The position numbers and the translations under genes are program-made. Below the pieces are notes generated by a model, which made no database searches, had not been told where the DNA came from, and saw only the letters and a program-made list of their open reading frames with translations. Positions 63,655 through 64,000 of a DNA stretch of 64,000 nucleotides are shown piece after piece. The DNA is from Antedon mediterranea. Taxonomy: Eukaryota; Animalia; Echinodermata. The number at the start of each line of letters is the position of its first letter. Within the stretch, counting starts at the first letter, position 1. The stretch lies in NCBI RefSeq assembly GCF_964355755.1, contig NC_092676.1, positions 2,795,788 through 2,859,787 of the forward strand. The letters run 5' to 3'.

Positions 63655-63790
63655 AGTTTTATTACAAGTCTTTGGGAGTGGAGTTGTAATTTTGTCCTTA
63701 GAAAAAAATCCTGACATGTGACAGGACTTCAACCCAGGACCCTTGGATAGATTGGTAGCCAAGGATCATAACCACCAAGCCACAACTCCA
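63655..63790 (-). mobile_element. tRNA-derived SINE remnant
   Basis: TGGCTTGGTGGTTA...GGGTTGAAGTCC head; tail similar to the 27421-27550 copy. Confidence 0.5.
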
Positions 63791-64000
63791 CATTCAGGGA
63801 CACCTCTATCAAGGGGACACTTTCTCATGAAAAGAATGCGCTGCAATGTAATGTTTTAACTTTATGGCCAACTCCTATTCAGAGGACACCTCTATTCTGG
63901 GGACGCTTTCCTGTGAAAAATATAAAGGGAAATAATATGTTTCAACACTATGGCCAATCCCTGGGGACATCTCTAATCATGGGACACTTTATCATGAAAA

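Overview
AT-rich eukaryotic (animal) genomic DNA. The gene structures and repeat types suggest a marine invertebrate, possibly an echinoderm, but that is inference only. Three intron-rich genes were reconstructed by hand from GT-AG junctions with consistent phases: (1) GDAP2 (macro + CRAL-TRIO domains), minus strand, running off the left edge; (2) VPS18 (HOPS/CORVET subunit, 23 coding exons, about 984 aa), plus strand, head-to-head with GDAP2 across a very short shared promoter; (3) an ADAR1-type dsRNA adenosine deaminase, minus strand, convergent with VPS18, with three Zalpha-type Z-nucleic-acid-binding domains and a single dsRBD. Introns and intergenic DNA hold a recently inserted, internally deleted Mag-like Ty3/Gypsy LTR element, a 5S-rRNA-derived SINE, tRNA-derived SINE remnants, RTE/LINE and Penelope fragments (one with a degenerate hammerhead ribozyme), about 16 copies of one Harbinger-type MITE, other non-autonomous DNA transposons (one three-level nest) and several minisatellites (one with NF-kB-like sites, one with G-quadruplex motifs). 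No database searches could be run; family names come from motif recognition.
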